A stretch of DNA of 64,000 nt from a virus (taxonomy: Duplodnaviria; Caudoviricetes), in IMG/VR virus record IMGVR_UViG_3300011774_000001, positions 1 through 64,000 of that record, one strand, 5' to 3'. Position 1 is the first letter of the stretch; each line of letters starts with the position of its first letter. Below are positions 44,493 to 54,188 of the stretch, piece by piece. Below the pieces are notes generated by a model. It was not told the origin of the DNA and did no database searches. It was given only the letters and a program-made list of their open reading frames with translations. The position numbers and the translations under genes were made by a program.

Positions 44493-45362
44493 GTGGAAGA
44501 CTCTAAGTATCGGCTGTGGTCGCTGGGCATTGCAGCCGAAGCCAAAGTTGACTGCTACAACTGGGATCTGGAGATCTCTGCCATTGAACGCACCCAGTTC
44601 AGCGATGGCGCTCAGACCAACCGGGGTGAACACATTGAGACCGATGGCGTGGACGGTGCAGGTATCCAGTATGCCACCAAAGAGATTGTCTCTGGCACCA
44701 TGAACGCCACTTGGATGAGTCGCGAGGCCAACCGCCTGACCTGCCCTAACGTGGAGGCTGGTGAGGAGCTATTGATCTGGCAATACGAGGACACCGGTAA
44801 ACTCTACTGGGAACCGCGTAACACCAACAAAGTGTCCCGTAAACTGGAAACCAGAACAGAGGCCTTTGCAGCTGATCCGACTGGCAGCGAGAACACTAAG
44901 CGAACCGAAGACAACAGTTACATTTTTGAAGTCTCGGCGCACAAGAAGATCATCACCATCTCAACCTCTGACAAGAACGATGAGTTGGCCAAGTTCAAGT
45001 TCCAGCTCAACGGCGGTGAAGGCTTTGCTTCCTTGCAAGACAGTGAGGGCCAAGAGATTACAATGGTTCCCACTGAGAACCGCATCTCGGTAATCAACGC
45101 AGAAGACGTGGAGATTCATTTGCAGGGCAAGAACCTGACAGTCAATGTCCCAGCCGATGAAGCCCACAACATCCAAGGTGCGTTGAACATCATCGTTAAC
45201 GGTGCAGCTTACGTTAAGGCGCAGACGGCCACGATTGAATCGTCGCTGAACAAATTGATCGGTAACACCGAGATTGACGGTAACTTGCTGGTTACTGGCG
45301 AAAGCGTGCTCACCGGTGGTGCCAGCTCCCCTAACCCAATTACCGCCCCCAACATCAAATGA
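44493..45362 (+). CDS. Baseplate central spike (phiKZ gp164-like)
   Basis: AGGAG plus GTG start; NRLTCPNV..GE OB-fold motif and beta-helix-type C-terminus; divergent from SbcC as in phiKZ. Confidence 0.75.
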   Translation: MEDSKYRLWSLGIAAEAKVDCYNWDLEISAIERTQFSDGAQTNRGEHIETDGVDGAGIQYATKEIVSGTMNATWMSREANRLTCPNVEAGEELLIWQYEDTGKLYWEPRNTNKVSRKLETRTEAFAADPTGSENTKRTEDNSYIFEVSAHKKIITISTSDKNDELAKFKFQLNGGEGFASLQDSEGQEITMVPTENRISVINAEDVEIHLQGKNLTVNVPADEAHNIQGALNIIVNGAAYVKAQTATIESSLNKLIGNTEIDGNLLVTGESVLTGGASSPNPITAPNIK

Positions 45363-45363
45363 C

Positions 45364-45408
45364 GGCATAGCCTCCCTCTCCCCGCAGGGAGAGGGAGTGC
45401 GCTTATGC
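45364..45408. terminator. Bidirectional hairpin with GGCATA / TATGC flanks
   Basis: CTCCCTCTCCC-CGCA-GGGAGAGGGAG. Confidence 0.85.
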
Positions 45409-46107
45409 GCCGATGGACTTCAGTTGACGAGACAGCTTGCCCGATGCGTTGAACAGGTGGAACAGTTCTTTGATGCAGATCTTGGTCCAGTTCTCGTACG
45501 GACGCTCTTCACCGCGCAGCAGCTGCAACAGTGGGAGGGGTGGGTGCATGATCTGATTCGGTTCGTTCGAGGTGATCTTGCTACCGGCAGGCAGCAGTGC
45601 AACGAATACGGCAGCGAAATGGATCTGGCCGATGGCGTTGGAGTTGTCGTTGATCCAGCCGATGTGTTTGTACACGGGTTGGATAACGTTGCCGTCTTTG
45701 TCGGTGATGGTGATTTCTTCGCTGCCTTCACGTTCCTGGCTGGCGATCAGCGAACCGGTGAAGTCGGTGGAGCTGTACTTGTCTTCGCGATAGTCGGTCT
45801 TCTTGTCGACATGACCACCGGTGCCGATGGAGAAGTCGCCGTGCAGCAGTTCTTCGCCCACCGTCTTGGCACGCTGGTACAGACTGACGTCGTCTGCCAC
45901 GAGGTTGGTCTCGCCCTCGATGACGTGAATGTTGTACGCAATCGCTTGAGCATCGGTAGCGGCCGCCTTGAGTTCAGCACGGTCACCCCAGATGATCTCG
46001 CCACGGATGGCTTCAGCAAAGCGGTTCAACGAGAGGGAGTTACTGAAACCTTCCGGCAGGATCTGGTCGATGACTTTGCGGGGTACAGCCAATACTACTT
46101 CACCCAT
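45403..46107 (-). CDS. NUDIX-family phosphoesterase (YmaB/COG4112-like)
   Basis: YQR...GE..LHG..SIGTGGHV, REGSEE, GWIND.SN.IGQIHF; AAGGA RBS before MGEVV. Confidence 0.8.
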   Translation of the reverse strand: MGEVVLAVPRKVIDQILPEGFSNSLSLNRFAEAIRGEIIWGDRAELKAAATDAQAIAYNIHVIEGETNLVADDVSLYQRAKTVGEELLHGDFSIGTGGHVDKKTDYREDKYSSTDFTGSLIASQEREGSEEITITDKDGNVIQPVYKHIGWINDNSNAIGQIHFAAVFVALLPAGSKITSNEPNQIMHPPLPLLQLLRGEERPYENWTKICIKELFHLFNASGKLSRQLKSIGA

Positions 46108-46165
46108 GGGGATAGTCCTTTTGATGGATTGAGGGAATTGCACAAACTATCCAACTGGCCTGTAG

Positions 46166-46194
46166 CGCATAAAGCCCTCCCCGAAGGGAGGGCC
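46166..46194 (-). terminator. Hairpin (UUCG loop on minus strand) followed by TTTATGC
   Basis: GCCCTCCC-CGAA-GGGAGGGC preceded on + by GCATAAA. Confidence 0.8.
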
Positions 46195-46198
46195 TCAT

Positions 46199-46813
46199 TT
46201 ACACCGAGATACCGCCCGCAATGATCAGTTGCTCATACCGCTTGTTGATCTCTGTCAGTGTATTGACCTGTCGCTGCAGGTCTTCCACTTTGGAGAAGAA
46301 CGTCTTGCGATGCTCCACCGCTGCCTGACGATTCTGTTCAAACATAGCTGCTTGTTCAGGTGTCAGGTTACCCGTGATTGGAGCGGTGAACATCTGCACC
46401 TGAATGTCGGTCAACCCCGTCAACGCCGTGAACAGGTTCTTGACCTCTTCGACGGTGTAGGTAAGGTCCAACGAGTCAGGCAGTACACCGACCTCCAACC
46501 CCATTACCAAACGACTGAACCCGGAGGTAACAGTGGTGGGTGCTTTGGTAATGTAGGTGGTGGGTACGATCAGCTGGCCATGGTCGTCCGAAGACAGCGT
46601 CACCAGCGAGGTGGCATTGACCCGATCGGTGTCGTACTTCTCGCGTGTCAGTCCACGAGGCTTGTAGTAGGCCTCAAAGATATCCACGCCATCGGTCAGC
46701 ACCTTCTGGAAGCCATCGATGGAGATACAGGTGTAGCTGGCGTCAGCCGCCAGTGCAGTGGCCCAGGGTTCAGCCAGTTCCCATGGACCACGGGCCCACA
46801 TGATTGGAGTCAT
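46199..46813 (-). CDS. Conserved hypothetical/virion protein
   Basis: GAGGA RBS; VPTTYI and VGVLPD motifs; C-terminal coiled coil. Confidence 0.7.
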   Translation of the reverse strand: MTPIMWARGPWELAEPWATALAADASYTCISIDGFQKVLTDGVDIFEAYYKPRGLTREKYDTDRVNATSLVTLSSDDHGQLIVPTTYITKAPTTVTSGFSRLVMGLEVGVLPDSLDLTYTVEEVKNLFTALTGLTDIQVQMFTAPITGNLTPEQAAMFEQNRQAAVEHRKTFFSKVEDLQRQVNTLTEINKRYEQLIIAGGISV

Positions 46814-46824
46814 GAGACGATTCC

Positions 46825-48192
46825 TCAGTCAGTAACAGGTACCATCTCGGCACCTTGAGTAACCTGATACAGCTCCAGCACCGAAGCACGGGAGGTTACG
46901 ATCAAGCTGGTGCGTTCAAAGGTAGCCGTCACGTACAGAACGCCGTCACGGATCAAGCGCATGTAGCCGCGTGGCACTGCAGAGATAGCCGACATGGTTT
47001 CAGCGATTTGCAACATCTTGCTCAACACCATTGCGAACTTCATGGTGCTGTCGCTCATACGCTTGAAGTCCAGTGAATCTGTACCCACAGCGATGAAGTC
47101 CTTGAAGCGATCCGCGATTTGGTTTACACCGTCACGGTTGCGAGGACCACCGATCACACACAGTTGCGCCGACTTGTAAGACGTCTGCATGGTGTTGAGG
47201 TTCTCTTCGATGTAGGTGTCAGTGTAGCCCGCCCCACGAATGAACTTCTTGGCAAAGACCATACGGGCTTTGTCGTTGTTGATCGGAGAGTACACACCGC
47301 TGTTGACCGCATCGTCTGGCAGAGCAATGTGGTTGAAGGTCGCCGTGAAGATGAACTCGGTACTACCGAAGATGTCCGGGAACAGCTTCTCCCATTCGGT
47401 GGCAACGTATTGGGTGTTCTCCAGAATCCATTTGGCCAACGCATCACGGATGGCATCGATGTTGCGACCCGCCTCACCGTAGATCACCACCGTCCATGGC
47501 ACAGGGATCTTGCGTTGGGCGTTGGAAGGGTCTACCCATTCGAACTCGGTTGGCTCGATGATGGTGGGAGGCTTATCGCCCGCCACAACGTTGGCCGCTT
47601 GGAACTGGCCCACCAGCGTCATTTCTTCGCTGACGATCTTCTGCACATTGGTTGCGCTGTCGAAGAAGCGATCAATGTTGTCGATAGGGGCCACGACCTT
47701 GATGGTGTACAGGTCGTATTCGTTGCGGAAGTTCTGGTCGCTGAACCAGATCTGCACCTGGAACGGACTGGTGGTGCTGGTGCCTTCAAAGATGATCGAA
47801 GACGGTAACCACAGCGTGCCGTCAGACACCATGGTGTTGACCGTGACGTTCTGGACAATGCCTTGCCATTGCGAGAGGATGAACTCTTTGACCGGCAGTT
47901 CCTGGTCGTCGAAGTCACCTTCAGTGGCGCGGTTGTACAGCGTCTCCATGATGTCGAGCACCAGAGAGGAAACGCTTGGGGGTACATCGGCGTAGACGGA
48001 TTCTACTGCCGAGATCTCCTGCAACGAGGAGAAGGTTACGAGCAAACTCGAAGGACGGGAGGTGTCCTTGAAGATGCCCCGGTCAGTGGCAAAGGTTTCA
48101 CCATAGGTAGACAACTCACCCAGGCGATTGACCTCGTCTTTGTTGTTGTTGCTGATGGTCGGAAAGGCGCCAAATGCCTTTAAACGATACAT
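46825..48192 (-). CDS. Virion structural protein (phiKZ gp157-like)
   Basis: MYRLKAF...LGELSTY, W..LFPDIF..TEF motifs; AGGAG RBS. Confidence 0.7.
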   Translation of the reverse strand: MYRLKAFGAFPTISNNNKDEVNRLGELSTYGETFATDRGIFKDTSRPSSLLVTFSSLQEISAVESVYADVPPSVSSLVLDIMETLYNRATEGDFDDQELPVKEFILSQWQGIVQNVTVNTMVSDGTLWLPSSIIFEGTSTTSPFQVQIWFSDQNFRNEYDLYTIKVVAPIDNIDRFFDSATNVQKIVSEEMTLVGQFQAANVVAGDKPPTIIEPTEFEWVDPSNAQRKIPVPWTVVIYGEAGRNIDAIRDALAKWILENTQYVATEWEKLFPDIFGSTEFIFTATFNHIALPDDAVNSGVYSPINNDKARMVFAKKFIRGAGYTDTYIEENLNTMQTSYKSAQLCVIGGPRNRDGVNQIADRFKDFIAVGTDSLDFKRMSDSTMKFAMVLSKMLQIAETMSAISAVPRGYMRLIRDGVLYVTATFERTSLIVTSRASVLELYQVTQGAEMVPVTD

Positions 48193-48223
48193 GGTCGCTC
48201 CTGAAGTTTAACAGCACTACCGT

Positions 48224-48688
48224 ATGATAGCCTTGTTGGATGAGTACCCGAAAATGACAGCACTAGCCCAAGCGATTTTCCGCTTACTGCTGCCTCTTAT
48301 CCGGGAATGGTGGAAGAAAAAGAACTGGTCGGCTCATAGCATCAAGAACCTGAAAGAGATTCACTACCTCTTTCTGTGTTGCATGATTCAGTTTGCCATG
48401 CTCTTGGTAGCTGTGGACCACGGCCTTGGTTTATACATCGCGTATTCTGACATGGTTCATGATACTGCGGTGGAGTCCAGCCGGGTGGAGCACACTAAGT
48501 CTGAGAATCAGAGATTGATTACGCAGAACTTAACTTTGACGGATCAAGTAGACGCTGCAAATCGACTCATCCGTCAGCTTATCGAAAACAATCCAAGTCT
48601 TGCTCCCAAGAAGACAGTAACCAACAATCCATCAGTCCCGCTGAGTGACAAGCTTAACGGTCTGAAAAAGAAATACGGTGACCCGTGA
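48224..48688 (+). CDS. Membrane protein with amphipathic N-terminus, one TM and coiled coil (holin candidate)
   Basis: Hydrophobicity pattern; GTGA overlap with next gene. Confidence 0.55.
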   Translation: MIALLDEYPKMTALAQAIFRLLLPLIREWWKKKNWSAHSIKNLKEIHYLFLCCMIQFAMLLVAVDHGLGLYIAYSDMVHDTAVESSRVEHTKSENQRLITQNLTLTDQVDAANRLIRQLIENNPSLAPKKTVTNNPSVPLSDKLNGLKKKYGDP

Positions 48689-49146
48689 TGCTTAAGAAAA
48701 TCGCAAGTTGGATCGGGATCTTTCTCCTGCTCCTAATTCTGGGCGCGGTTTTTGTACTGGCCAACAAGGTGAATAGCCTGGCTGCTCAGTTGGGCACCGC
48801 ACCCGCCGCCAGTACCAAAGCCCCAGCTACTTCACTCACCATTGGCGAGTGTTCTGGTTCGGGGTTTTGCCTGCGCTTTAAACACGAATCAGAGTTAGCA
48901 CTGCCTACGGCTACGGCCACCGGCTGTGCACCTTACAAGCTCCCCGAGATGCCTGCCTTGCCTAACGTCAAGGAACTGGACATCACCTCTGGTACCCCGC
49001 CAGAACAAGCGAGTGAGACTCTACTCAAATATGTCGAGAAAGTGTTGGATGCAGACAAGGCTAACCAAGCGTTGCTACTCAAGCACTATCAAGACTATCT
49101 GGCCGGTTGCTCGGAAGCGGGCAAGCCTTCGACTCCTACCAACTAG
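48685..49146 (+). CDS. Membrane-anchored periplasmic protein with four Cys
   Basis: N-terminal TM (IASWIGIFLLLLILGAVFVLA). Confidence 0.65.
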   Translation: MMLKKIASWIGIFLLLLILGAVFVLANKVNSLAAQLGTAPAASTKAPATSLTIGECSGSGFCLRFKHESELALPTATATGCAPYKLPEMPALPNVKELDITSGTPPEQASETLLKYVEKVLDADKANQALLLKHYQDYLAGCSEAGKPSTPTN

Positions 49147-49179
49147 CGGTATCTGGTAGCCGAGTATAAGGACAGTCCC

Positions 49180-50835
49180 ATGAGCGATCTTCCATTTGAC
49201 GTTGAAGTACCCAAAGCAGTAGCAGCCAAGCCAGCACCCGCGAAGGCCAAGGCTAAGCCTGTTGTTGAAGTAGAGGTGCCAGTCAACGAGTTTGCTGCGT
49301 TCTACATTGCAGAGAGCACGATGCCTGAGCGCGGCTACTTTGGCGTTGGGGTACATGGGTATGTAGTCACCCAGGTGAAGGCCAAACGAGGCTACGGCCT
49401 CAAGAAGTACGTGCCAACACCGAAAGGCTACAAGGACGATGGGAAGATGGAGTTGCAGGTCATCCGCGAGGTGATCGACATCCGTGCCCCATTGTCCAAA
49501 CCCGAACACACCACAGCTGTAGCCAATTGCATTTTGCAAGGCTGCGTGCTGGCGCTCGAATACGTGGCGCAGTTAGAAGAAACACCCAAGACAGTTTGCT
49601 TGTTGGTCCCGCGCAAGAACCTTGCACTGTTCATGACCAAAGGCTATCCCAAGGCTATCGCCGATGGGTATGTGGATGGTAAGGGTAATCCCCTGACCTT
49701 CAAGGAAGTCTTGGACGCCTTTGTGCGTGTCTCTGAAGTCCTCACCTCAAAAGGGTGTAAGGTCTCTGTTGAGTACGTGTCCCTCGAACAACCCCGAGGA
49801 CTGCCAGTCGCCAAGGCCAATGCCAACGACGCTGTGCTGTCCTCACAGAAATCCAAAGGCGCAGAGAGCGAAGCCCATTGTATCGTATCTCCGCCTGAAG
49901 GCTACTGGAACCACGAACACGGTCGCCACCCTTTGCTGGGTAAGTCTCGTCTCGTGTTCAAGATGTCTGGACGGGAAGTGGTCAAACAAGACCATGTGTA
50001 CCTGATGGACTTCGAGAAGGCCAGTAAAAAGAAAGAACACCTGCATAAGCTGGAAATCGAAGTTGGACAACTGTTGCCTTCTGCCTCGTATTGCGTGGCC
50101 AAGATCAACTCCCTAGATCCAATCATCCAGCGAATCCAAGAGCAGCACACGAACTATCTGGATACGAAAGTAGAACGGATGGCTGTACTGTTCCTGGATG
50201 CTGTCTTCAAGCCAGGTGCACACTCTGTCATGGAAAAGGTGGGTGCAGATTATCTGCACTCGACAACCTTTGTGACTGACTTGACGGATAGTTACGGGGC
50301 GATGTACACCCACGAACTCAATCCAGCTCGTCAGGCACACCGTGCATGGGATGTGTACTTAGACATGGAATCGTTGGTGCTTAACTTCCTGGCTCACCGG
50401 GAGAAGCTACTGGCGGACGAGAAGACAGCATGTCACGTTAAGAGTGGCTGTACGGAGTTCCATGCAACACCTGGAATCTTCATGGCCACCAACGTAACCC
50501 AACACTTCATCACCGTCACGGAAGACAACAAGGGCAAGCCTGTCTTTAAGGCATCGAAGCGGGTGGAAACACCCAACACCAGCTTACTCGTCCCGGCAGC
50601 ATATTGGGACGATACAGATGAACAGGTTAAAGAAGCAAAGATTAATCTGTCTATCGGCATCGACATGCCTAAACGTAACGCGATTGCCGCGATGGCATCC
50701 GAGCAGTTCGAAGCATTCGTTCTGACCCATCAGGACACTGCCTTCACGGTTAGGCACTTCGTCGTTGTCACAAACGGGGATGAATACGGTATTTGGGCGT
50801 CGCCCTTTGCCAATCGAACCTTTGTCAAAAAATAG
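49180..50835 (+). CDS. RNase H-fold protein (phiKZ gp155-like), catalytic residues apparently lost
   Basis: G.GVHGY after the first strand, YW...HPLL, GIDMPKRNA and YGIWASP motifs; synteny with RecA. Confidence 0.65.
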   Translation: MSDLPFDVEVPKAVAAKPAPAKAKAKPVVEVEVPVNEFAAFYIAESTMPERGYFGVGVHGYVVTQVKAKRGYGLKKYVPTPKGYKDDGKMELQVIREVIDIRAPLSKPEHTTAVANCILQGCVLALEYVAQLEETPKTVCLLVPRKNLALFMTKGYPKAIADGYVDGKGNPLTFKEVLDAFVRVSEVLTSKGCKVSVEYVSLEQPRGLPVAKANANDAVLSSQKSKGAESEAHCIVSPPEGYWNHEHGRHPLLGKSRLVFKMSGREVVKQDHVYLMDFEKASKKKEHLHKLEIEVGQLLPSASYCVAKINSLDPIIQRIQEQHTNYLDTKVERMAVLFLDAVFKPGAHSVMEKVGADYLHSTTFVTDLTDSYGAMYTHELNPARQAHRAWDVYLDMESLVLNFLAHREKLLADEKTACHVKSGCTEFHATPGIFMATNVTQHFITVTEDNKGKPVFKASKRVETPNTSLLVPAAYWDDTDEQVKEAKINLSIGIDMPKRNAIAAMASEQFEAFVLTHQDTAFTVRHFVVVTNGDEYGIWASPFANRTFVKK

Positions 50836-50846
50836 CAGGTAATCCA

Positions 50847-51203
50847 ATGAACACAGAAAGCCTCTGGAGTAAATTTTTAGGACAAGTGGTTCCACAAGGT
50901 GTGAAAAGGAAGTTGGTACTGGTGACGGTATTCGTTGAGTTGGAAAAGGAGCGGGGCATTGACCAGCCACGCCTCTCCGATCTGAATGCGCAAATGCATT
51001 TGGTAGAGGACGAGGACATCCTGAACCGACTGGCCGATTTGGCTAAGGTCCTGTTCCTTGGCCGACATTGTCCAGTCGACAAGGATTCGATCACGGAGAA
51101 TTGCTCCAAGGTCATGAGCTGGTTACCTCAGTGGTTGAAGTACGGCGAGCGTGAAAAGATGTTCCACGACTTGGCTGAACTCAACGTCAGTCACATTCGT
51201 TGA
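50847..51203 (+). CDS. Hypothetical protein
   Basis: AGGT RBS; followed by a terminator. Confidence 0.7.
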   Translation: MNTESLWSKFLGQVVPQGVKRKLVLVTVFVELEKERGIDQPRLSDLNAQMHLVEDEDILNRLADLAKVLFLGRHCPVDKDSITENCSKVMSWLPQWLKYGEREKMFHDLAELNVSHIR

Positions 51204-51205
51204 CA

Positions 51206-51244
51206 GCATACTCCCCGTCCCCTAGGGGACGGGGAGCTTATGCC
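51206..51244. terminator. Bidirectional hairpin with GCATA / TATGCC flanks
   Basis: CTCCCCGTCCCC-TA-GGGGACGGGGAG. Confidence 0.85.
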
Positions 51245-51245
51245 A

Positions 51246-52469
51246 TTACCAACCGCCAGGACTTGCGTCTTGGGTCGTACCGCCTTGATTGGTCCACGCT
51301 TTGACAATGTCTTCAGTCGTGGCTTCAACCACAGTCACCTTGGTGGCGTCTGCATGCACAGAAGCTGCCAAGAAGTCAAGGTTGCTCACCGGATACAGAC
51401 GAGAGCCGATGCGGATAGCACCCACTTGTTCGCCGTCCCAATCACGTTCTTCACCACCGAGCAGTGGATCGGCTTCCAGCACCTCGAAGATCCACGACAG
51501 TTCCTTGATGTCAAGGTCCTGAGTAGGTTGCCACTTGAGGTGATCGTAGATGAAGCTGTACGGAATGCGCACGCCACCCAATACCAGTTCAGGCACACCC
51601 ACAGAAACCATCGACTCGGTCTTCATGGATACCTTGCGCGATTCAGCCAGAGGCTTCTTCAGCTCGTTCACCTGATGGTTGCAGGCTACGACCAACTCAC
51701 GCACCAGAATACCGATCTGACCGTACAGGTCGATGGCCTGAGACAGGTTGGCACAGATACCCGACAGGATGGTTGCAGTGTTGGCAGACAGCTTGACGTT
51801 GCCTTCGTCAGTACCGTCTTCCAGCTTCTCGATCACGCGATCGATCTTGCCTGCAATCTCCTGAGTCATCTTGACGATGCGCTGAGGATTGGTTTCCAGG
51901 TAACGAGTCGCCAGAGCGTTGGCGTTATCCCAGGTCGGTTTGATCTGCGACAGGTTCGAGTAGGCCGTATCCATCTGAACCTGATCCACTCGACCGGTAG
52001 GGTCAACGAACTTGGCCAGTGCAATACGAGTGCCCTCGATGTCTTGCTCTTTGAAGTTCTTGAGGTCAGTGACAGTTGCCGAACTGGCCAGAGTATCGGG
52101 GGAGGCAATGCGCAGGCTCAGCCAGATGCTGAACGGTTTGAGCACTTCTTCCTCGATGTTCTCAACCTTCACCAGTGCGTCGAACAACGACTCGGTGTAG
52201 GACATCAGAGGGCCCTTGAGGCCACGTGGGACGGTCAGTTTGGTGGTAGAGACATCAGAGAAGCGGCTACCGGCCAAATCCTTCACAACCACGTTGTAGG
52301 CAACCAGAGGGATCTTCACCTCAGGACGGATCTTGCCACGTGCCCAGTCGCCCATGGCACCTGCAATACCTTTCACCTTGGCAGTCACCGAGGAGGCAAC
52401 GCTGCCGACCATGCCGTGGGTCATCGCCTCGGTCATGATCATTTGATGTTTGAGTGCAATCTCGTTCAT
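51246..52469 (-). CDS. Putative virion/head protein (phiKZ gp153-like position)
   Basis: GAGGA RBS; VPRGLKG...Y motif; divergent from RecA. Confidence 0.6.
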   Translation of the reverse strand: MNEIALKHQMIMTEAMTHGMVGSVASSVTAKVKGIAGAMGDWARGKIRPEVKIPLVAYNVVVKDLAGSRFSDVSTTKLTVPRGLKGPLMSYTESLFDALVKVENIEEEVLKPFSIWLSLRIASPDTLASSATVTDLKNFKEQDIEGTRIALAKFVDPTGRVDQVQMDTAYSNLSQIKPTWDNANALATRYLETNPQRIVKMTQEIAGKIDRVIEKLEDGTDEGNVKLSANTATILSGICANLSQAIDLYGQIGILVRELVVACNHQVNELKKPLAESRKVSMKTESMVSVGVPELVLGGVRIPYSFIYDHLKWQPTQDLDIKELSWIFEVLEADPLLGGEERDWDGEQVGAIRIGSRLYPVSNLDFLAASVHADATKVTVVEATTEDIVKAWTNQGGTTQDASPGGW

Positions 52470-52576
52470 TTCTTTTCCTCGGTTTTGGGAGTGGTCATAA
52501 CGGAGATGACCCCAATCTGATTGTTCAAAGCCCACACACGGATCTGGGCGGCAAGACGCGCTTTAACTTCACCCAT
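52466..52576 (-). CDS. 36-aa peptide (not in ORF track)
   Basis: TAAGGAG RBS; MGEVKARLAAQIRVWALNNQIGVISVMTTPKTEEKK; ATGA overlap with next gene. Confidence 0.65.
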   Translation of the reverse strand: MGEVKARLAAQIRVWALNNQIGVISVMTTPKTEEKK

Positions 52577-52675
52577 GATGGGCTCCTTAGTTCGGTGGCT
52601 ATAGTATTCCTTAAGTTCCCACGAGTTAGGGAAACCTATTGATTAGGATATTCCGTCAACTCTGGGGAAACTTCA

Positions 52676-54145
52676 ATGGCGCGTCGTGGAAACTTTGTAT
52701 CGTCACCTGTGGTGATGCCGATTCTCAACACCGGACGATTTTGGGACGTCATCACCGGCAACCTTGTAAAGGGTAAGCATGGTGACACCATCTGCGTCGG
52801 TGGTCTTGCGTATCAAACCGGTATCGCAGGTCCGGGTAACACCTTCAAATCCCTCTTCATGTGGGACATGTTGCTGGCTATCCTGAACAACTACATCTGC
52901 AGTCAGGGCAACATGTACGACACCGAGCTGTCGCAACAGCGCAGCCGTCCGCGTAATCTGTCGAAGATGTATGCTCGCCTGAAAGAAATCGTTGACATCA
53001 TCTTTGACGAGAAGATGAACGAGTCGGGCCAGCTGCAAATGACCAACGCCGCTCAATACTTGGGCGACCAGTGGTACAACCTGTTCGCTGAGTCCATGGA
53101 CGACAAGTTCGCCAAGGGCAAAAAAGAAATCGGCAAGAAGAATCCAGAATACTTCTTGGAAACACCGTTCATGAACCCGGACAATACGCCGATGTTCGCG
53201 ATGGTGCCTGACGTCTACGGTGTGGACTCCTTCTCCAACTTCCTCACGTCGTCCGTAGAGAAGCTGCAGAACGAACACGACATCGGTGACGGTGGTCGTA
53301 ACATGGAAGTGTTCCGTGGCGGCATGGCTAAAACGCAGATGATGATGGAACTGCCCGTCAAGACTGCGCGTGGTGGTGGTTACATCCTGCTCTCTGCCCA
53401 CTTGGGTAAAGAGTTCGCCATGGACCCACGTACTCCACCGGCCAAACAGCTCGCTTTCATGAAGCAAGGTGTGAAGTTCAAGAACGTACCTGAGAAGTTT
53501 ACGTTCCTGGTCAACAACTGCTGGTTGTCCATGTCGGCTTCGTCGTACTGGAACAGCTCCAGTGACCGCACCCCAGCTTATCCTCGCAACAGCGACGACA
53601 AGATCGTGGGTGACACCGACCTCATGACCGTGCTGATTGCCAACCTGCGTGGTAAGTCGGGTGGTTCTGGTACGCCGTTTGAAGTGGTGGTACGTCAGTC
53701 TGAAGGTGTGATGCACAGCCTGACCGAACTCGATTTCTGCAAAAAGTATGGTCGCTTCGGTTTGGATGCCAACGTGCAGAACTATTTCTTGCACCTGCGT
53801 CCTGATGTCAAGCTGTCCCGCACGACTGTGGACAAGAAGTTCCGTGAAGACCCGCTGCTGGCTCGCGCCATGTTCATCACCTTCGAGATGTGCTACGCGC
53901 GTTACCTGCACCAGGACTGGCCGGAAGAGTACCGCAACGTCACTCCAGAAGAGTTGTACAACGGCTTGAAGGAGAAAGGTTACGACTGGGACGTTCTGCT
54001 GAACACCGTACCTAACTGGGACTTCGTGGACTACGAGAAGGTTGCACCTAAACCTCGTCTGACCACGTGGGATCTGCTGAACATGTACCACGGTACCTAC
54101 CATCCTTTCTGGATGAAGGACAAACCAAAGGCGGCTACCAAGTAA
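52676..54145 (+). CDS. uvsX: UvsX/RecA-like recombinase (phiKZ gp152-like)
   Basis: Walker A GPGNTFKS, YDTE, Walker B YGVDS, LRGKSGGSG. Confidence 0.88.
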   Translation: MARRGNFVSSPVVMPILNTGRFWDVITGNLVKGKHGDTICVGGLAYQTGIAGPGNTFKSLFMWDMLLAILNNYICSQGNMYDTELSQQRSRPRNLSKMYARLKEIVDIIFDEKMNESGQLQMTNAAQYLGDQWYNLFAESMDDKFAKGKKEIGKKNPEYFLETPFMNPDNTPMFAMVPDVYGVDSFSNFLTSSVEKLQNEHDIGDGGRNMEVFRGGMAKTQMMMELPVKTARGGGYILLSAHLGKEFAMDPRTPPAKQLAFMKQGVKFKNVPEKFTFLVNNCWLSMSASSYWNSSSDRTPAYPRNSDDKIVGDTDLMTVLIANLRGKSGGSGTPFEVVVRQSEGVMHSLTELDFCKKYGRFGLDANVQNYFLHLRPDVKLSRTTVDKKFREDPLLARAMFITFEMCYARYLHQDWPEEYRNVTPEELYNGLKEKGYDWDVLLNTVPNWDFVDYEKVAPKPRLTTWDLLNMYHGTYHPFWMKDKPKAATK

Positions 54146-54188
54146 GCCGAGTTATAGGGGGCAGCCTTCGGGCTGCTCTCAAGGATTA

